Made by a program: the position numbers and the translations under genes. The notes under the pieces were generated by a model, which was not told the DNA's origin, did no database searches, and saw only the letters and a program-made list of their open reading frames with translations. This document shows positions 61,281 through 64,000 of a stretch of 64,000 bases of DNA, piece by piece (the first letter of the stretch is position 1; the number at the start of each line of letters is the position of its first letter). Source of the DNA: Candidatus Kerfeldbacteria bacterium (lineage in GTDB: Bacteria > Patescibacteriota > Patescibacteriia > SBBC01). The DNA lies in contig JACQPY010000012.1 of the NCBI GenBank assembly GCA_016207275.1, positions 1,706-65,705 on the forward strand, in the 5' to 3' direction.

Positions 61281-62228
61281 TCAATCAACAATTGGGCTGA
61301 TTGTATGGCCGAACATTTTAGAAGCCTGTTCAGTATAATCGGCGATGTTTTCTTTAAAATACGGCGGATGGGATTTTTGAATCTGCCCGATAACGTAATA
61401 ACCAACCGCCATCATCGCCGCGTATCCCGCGTCGGCCGGCAGCGGTACATTCAGTCGATTTTCCGGCTGACCCCACATACGGTTTTCTTCGCCAAAACTT
61501 ACGAAGAGCTCATCGGCCGGCACCACTGTTACGGCGTGCTTCATATATTCGCTCGTTTCAACATCGCGAGCGATTTTTCGGCCAAACAACTCAATAAATT
61601 TGACCTGGAGCATTCTGACAATCTCGGAAAACTGCGGCGGAACGATCAGAAAGTATTTGTCGTAGCGAGAAAAATAAGGCCGGGAGAAGGTGTGTACGTT
61701 CTCCTCAATAAAGCGATACATGTCTGCCGGATTCTCTTTCGTGTAGCCTAATATCATCCCCATATACGTTGAGGTATTGTAGGTGTAGGGCTCGCGGTTT
61801 TTTGGGAAAACGTACTCGTCGTAGGAATGCGCTTGGTCCAATTCTTTGCTGGCTAAGGAATCAGCCGTGTTGGTAATGAGGGTTACATGCTTACCGTATT
61901 GCTTTGCTGTTCTAGCGATAAGCGGGGCATGTTTCCCTCCCGAGGCGGAAACAACTACCATTCCGTCAATGCTGTTAATGTTTTTCAATTTCTCCTCATA
62001 CGTGCTTTCGGAAGCGAAGACAGCGTCAAAATCTTTGAACATGATTCTGCCGGTTGCCTCCGCGTTGCCAGAGCCCACAACAAGCGGCCGGTCATACACG
62101 TCTTTCAATTCAATTTTGGGCAATGGCTCTTTTTGAAAAAGCTCCAGTGCCCCAAGCACCGCTACATCCAAGTCGGGCAAGTTTTCAAGCGTAAAAGTTT
62201 TGAGTTTAGAAATATATTTGACGCTCAT
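61281..62228 (-). CDS. Hypothetical protein (low GC)
   Basis: 315-aa ORF with no confident motif. Possible nucleotide/sugar-binding fold. Confidence 0.45.
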   Translation of the reverse strand: MSVKYISKLKTFTLENLPDLDVAVLGALELFQKEPLPKIELKDVYDRPLVVGSGNAEATGRIMFKDFDAVFASESTYEEKLKNINSIDGMVVVSASGGKHAPLIARTAKQYGKHVTLITNTADSLASKELDQAHSYDEYVFPKNREPYTYNTSTYMGMILGYTKENPADMYRFIEENVHTFSRPYFSRYDKYFLIVPPQFSEIVRMLQVKFIELFGRKIARDVETSEYMKHAVTVVPADELFVSFGEENRMWGQPENRLNVPLPADAGYAAMMAVGYYVIGQIQKSHPPYFKENIADYTEQASKMFGHTISPIVD

Positions 62229-62325
62229 GGTTTATCATTCCTATTTTTTACCTGCTGACCGCCGAATTGTTCTCGCCGGGCAGATAAAATTTTACCTATA
62301 ACATCTAAGGTGAATCCAGATAAAT

Positions 62326-62985
62326 TCATATATTTTTATGGCTATTGCCGAAACGCCGATAAAATGCGAGGGGCAAGAACGAACTTAAAAGAATAATCAT
62401 TCCGACCCACAGAAACACTGTTTGAAATCCTGCGCGGTCAATCAAAAATCCGCCCAAAGCAGTTGTCCCGGCCACGCCAAAACCAATAATGGTGTTATAA
62501 ATACTCCACTCAAACGCCGCTTGTTGTTTATCAATATGGTGGGTAAAAAGCGCATTCCAAGAAGGGTAGCTTAAGGCGTTGCCTAAACCACAGAAGAAAT
62601 TGGCCAAGAATACGTGCCAAGGAAGAGTACTGAAAGCGAGGACTAAGGGGCACAGAGCAATGACCGCGTAACCGCCCGAAAGAATGCCGACAATCCTGTT
62701 TTCGCTCGACGTTTTATCAACGAACCGGGAAAAAGGAATTTGTAGTGTAGATTTAGTGATCAAAAAAACCATTGAGGCGATGCCAACCACCGTTATCGTC
62801 CCGCCACTAATCCCTTTAGCAACAAACACAGCAACAAAGGGTCCGGCCATGGCAAAAATGGAAGTGAAAAAAAGTTCAGTGCCAATGAGTAGAAAAACAA
62901 GCCTGTTAATAGCGGTCTTTTTGTGAAAGGTGCACGCACCTTCAGGAGACCGCTGACATTCACTTATTGAGGTGAACAGCGGCAT
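62326..62985 (-). CDS. Half-size MFS-like transporter (6 TM; possibly a truncated gene)
   Basis: 219 aa, corresponding to the C-terminal six helices of an MFS permease. Only 117 nt separate it from merA upstream. Confidence 0.45.
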   Translation of the reverse strand: MPLFTSISECQRSPEGACTFHKKTAINRLVFLLIGTELFFTSIFAMAGPFVAVFVAKGISGGTITVVGIASMVFLITKSTLQIPFSRFVDKTSSENRIVGILSGGYAVIALCPLVLAFSTLPWHVFLANFFCGLGNALSYPSWNALFTHHIDKQQAAFEWSIYNTIIGFGVAGTTALGGFLIDRAGFQTVFLWVGMIILLSSFLPLAFYRRFGNSHKNI

Positions 62986-63102
62986 GGGGTAGATTGGAGA
63001 ATTTTTAGCAGTGAATTTCTAAACTAACACCCGCAACCGCCCTTTGGATCATCACCATAAATCTGGTCCATAATTCGTTCCTGACTCACCTTTTTAAGGC
63101 CT

Positions 63103-64000
63103 TTATATGCAGCAGGAAAGTTTAGAAATATCTTTGGTAAATGACAAGGCCACCGTTTTGATGGATTCGGAGAGTGTCGGGAACATTGGCAAAGAATTTA
63201 CCACATCATCAATCGTGTTTTTGTTTTTTATGAGCATCATCGCTTCGGCGATTAACTCGCCAGCGTTTGGCGCGAGAATGTGGACGCCCAAGATTTGTTT
63301 TGTTTGCGGATGAATCGCCATTTTGATAAGCCCTTCGGTGCGGCGCATGATAATTGCTTTCGGTATATCCTCAAACGAAACAGTGCGGCAGGCACAAACG
63401 CCCATTTGCTTCATTTGCTCTTCTTCGGTAAAGCCGACCCCGGCAAGCTGGGGATCGGTAAAAATCGTATAGGGCACAGTATGGTAATCAATCGAAAGTG
63501 TTGTGCCTTTTCCGCCAAAGGCGGATCCGCCTTGGGAGGAGAGCGCGTTTTCTGCCGCAAGCGTTCCTTCCCGTCCGGCGGTCGGTTCAAGACGCAGCGG
63601 GCCGTTAGTAACATCGCCAACTGCAAAAACGCTCTTATTGGAAGTTTGGAAATTTTGATTGACGACAACTGCCTGTCGCTTGTCAATTTCAACACCAGCA
63701 ACATCGAGGCCGAGTCCCTGTGTGTTTGGTGTTTTGCCTGCCGCTAGAAGTATCTCATCCGCGGATTCTTCTTCTTGCGTGCCGTTGATAGCGTAAGAAA
63801 TAACTTTTTTGTCGGCCTCCTTGCGCGCACTTTTTACCTCAGCATTTGTTTTGATAACGATTCCTTCTTTGGTAAGTACTTCGGTAAGACGATCGGTAAG
63901 CGTTTTTTCAGAGTGGGGAAAAATTGAAGGCTCGCGCTGTAAAACGGTTACTTTTGTTCCAAAACGCGCGAACATTTGAGCAAACTCCAAGCCAAGCGGG
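63103..64000 (-). CDS. merA: Mercuric reductase MerA (C-terminal part; gene continues beyond the window edge)
   Basis: Pyridine nucleotide-disulfide oxidoreductase NAD and dimerisation domains ending in the MerA-specific vicinal Cys pair (KLSCCI, compare LSCCAG in MerA). Confidence 0.7.
   Translation of the reverse strand, partial: PLGLEFAQMFARFGTKVTVLQREPSIFPHSEKTLTDRLTEVLTKEGIVIKTNAEVKSARKEADKKVISYAINGTQEEESADEILLAAGKTPNTQGLGLDVAGVEIDKRQAVVVNQNFQTSNKSVFAVGDVTNGPLRLEPTAGREGTLAAENALSSQGGSAFGGKGTTLSIDYHTVPYTIFTDPQLAGVGFTEEEQMKQMGVCACRTVSFEDIPKAIIMRRTEGLIKMAIHPQTKQILGVHILAPNAGELIAEAMMLIKNKNTIDDVVNSLPMFPTLSESIKTVALSFTKDISKLSCCI

Noticed and set aside
1-64000. tRNA, rRNA or tmRNA/RNase P genes
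   Set aside because: Intergenic regions were inspected for cloverleaf-compatible GTTC/TTCGA T-arm contexts and for conserved RNase P (GGAAAGUCCGGGC, ACAGAA.CCGGCUUA) and tmRNA tag/acceptor features. None were found by eye, but a covariance-model scan was not possible here.

Overview
This is a 64 kb, GC-rich (roughly 60%) bacterial chromosomal window. It reads as a small-genome, possibly CPR/Patescibacteria-like, organism. That is a hedged inference from gene content and cannot be proven from sequence alone.

Layout from left to right:
- Housekeeping block on the + strand: rpsO, an NYN-domain nuclease, pnp with an RGG-rich tail, a cytidylate-kinase-like gene, a strong promoter driving a ~385-nt apparently non-coding transcript, lspA, yifB/comM, a four-helix-bundle gene flanked by inverted purine-rich repeats, a truncated NHL gene with palindromic elements, and a phosphomannomutase.
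- A minus-strand LysM-M23 peptidase sits divergent from leuS. LeuS carries a low-GC ASCH-like in-frame insertion, a palindromic low-complexity N-terminal insert, and an AT-rich (about 40% GC) 3' end. That 3' end continues into a ~2 kb low-GC island with two hypothetical genes, each followed by a conserved ~45-nt 3' element.
- tsaC, an MFS transporter and rsmA follow.
- The dominant feature is a ~32.7 kb co-directional supercluster (18451-51169). It starts at a near-consensus promoter and encodes a TSP3-repeat protein, three giant (1916, 1718 and 1546 aa) secreted Cys-rich/BNR-propeller proteins and a Gram-positive/CPR-style type IV secretion-like module. The module comprises a VirB6/TrbL-like protein with a very long charged tail, two paralogous hypotheticals, a PrgI-like protein, a VirB4 ATPase split into two ORFs around a 115-nt palindromic spacer, and two paralogous Cys-rich/pilin-like hairpin proteins, one fused to a lytic transglycosylase. 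The cluster ends in a (TTAGG)n-like tandem array.
- Downstream on the minus strand are a small zinc-ribbon gene with a ~300-nt structured leader from a consensus promoter, recG, and a compact pentose-phosphate operon (rpe, rpiB, ROK kinase, tal, tkt, PHP).
- The window ends in a low-GC mercury-resistance-like island (MerT-like proteins, a TlpA thioredoxin, a half MFS transporter and a partial merA).

No rRNA, tRNA or CRISPR array was detected.
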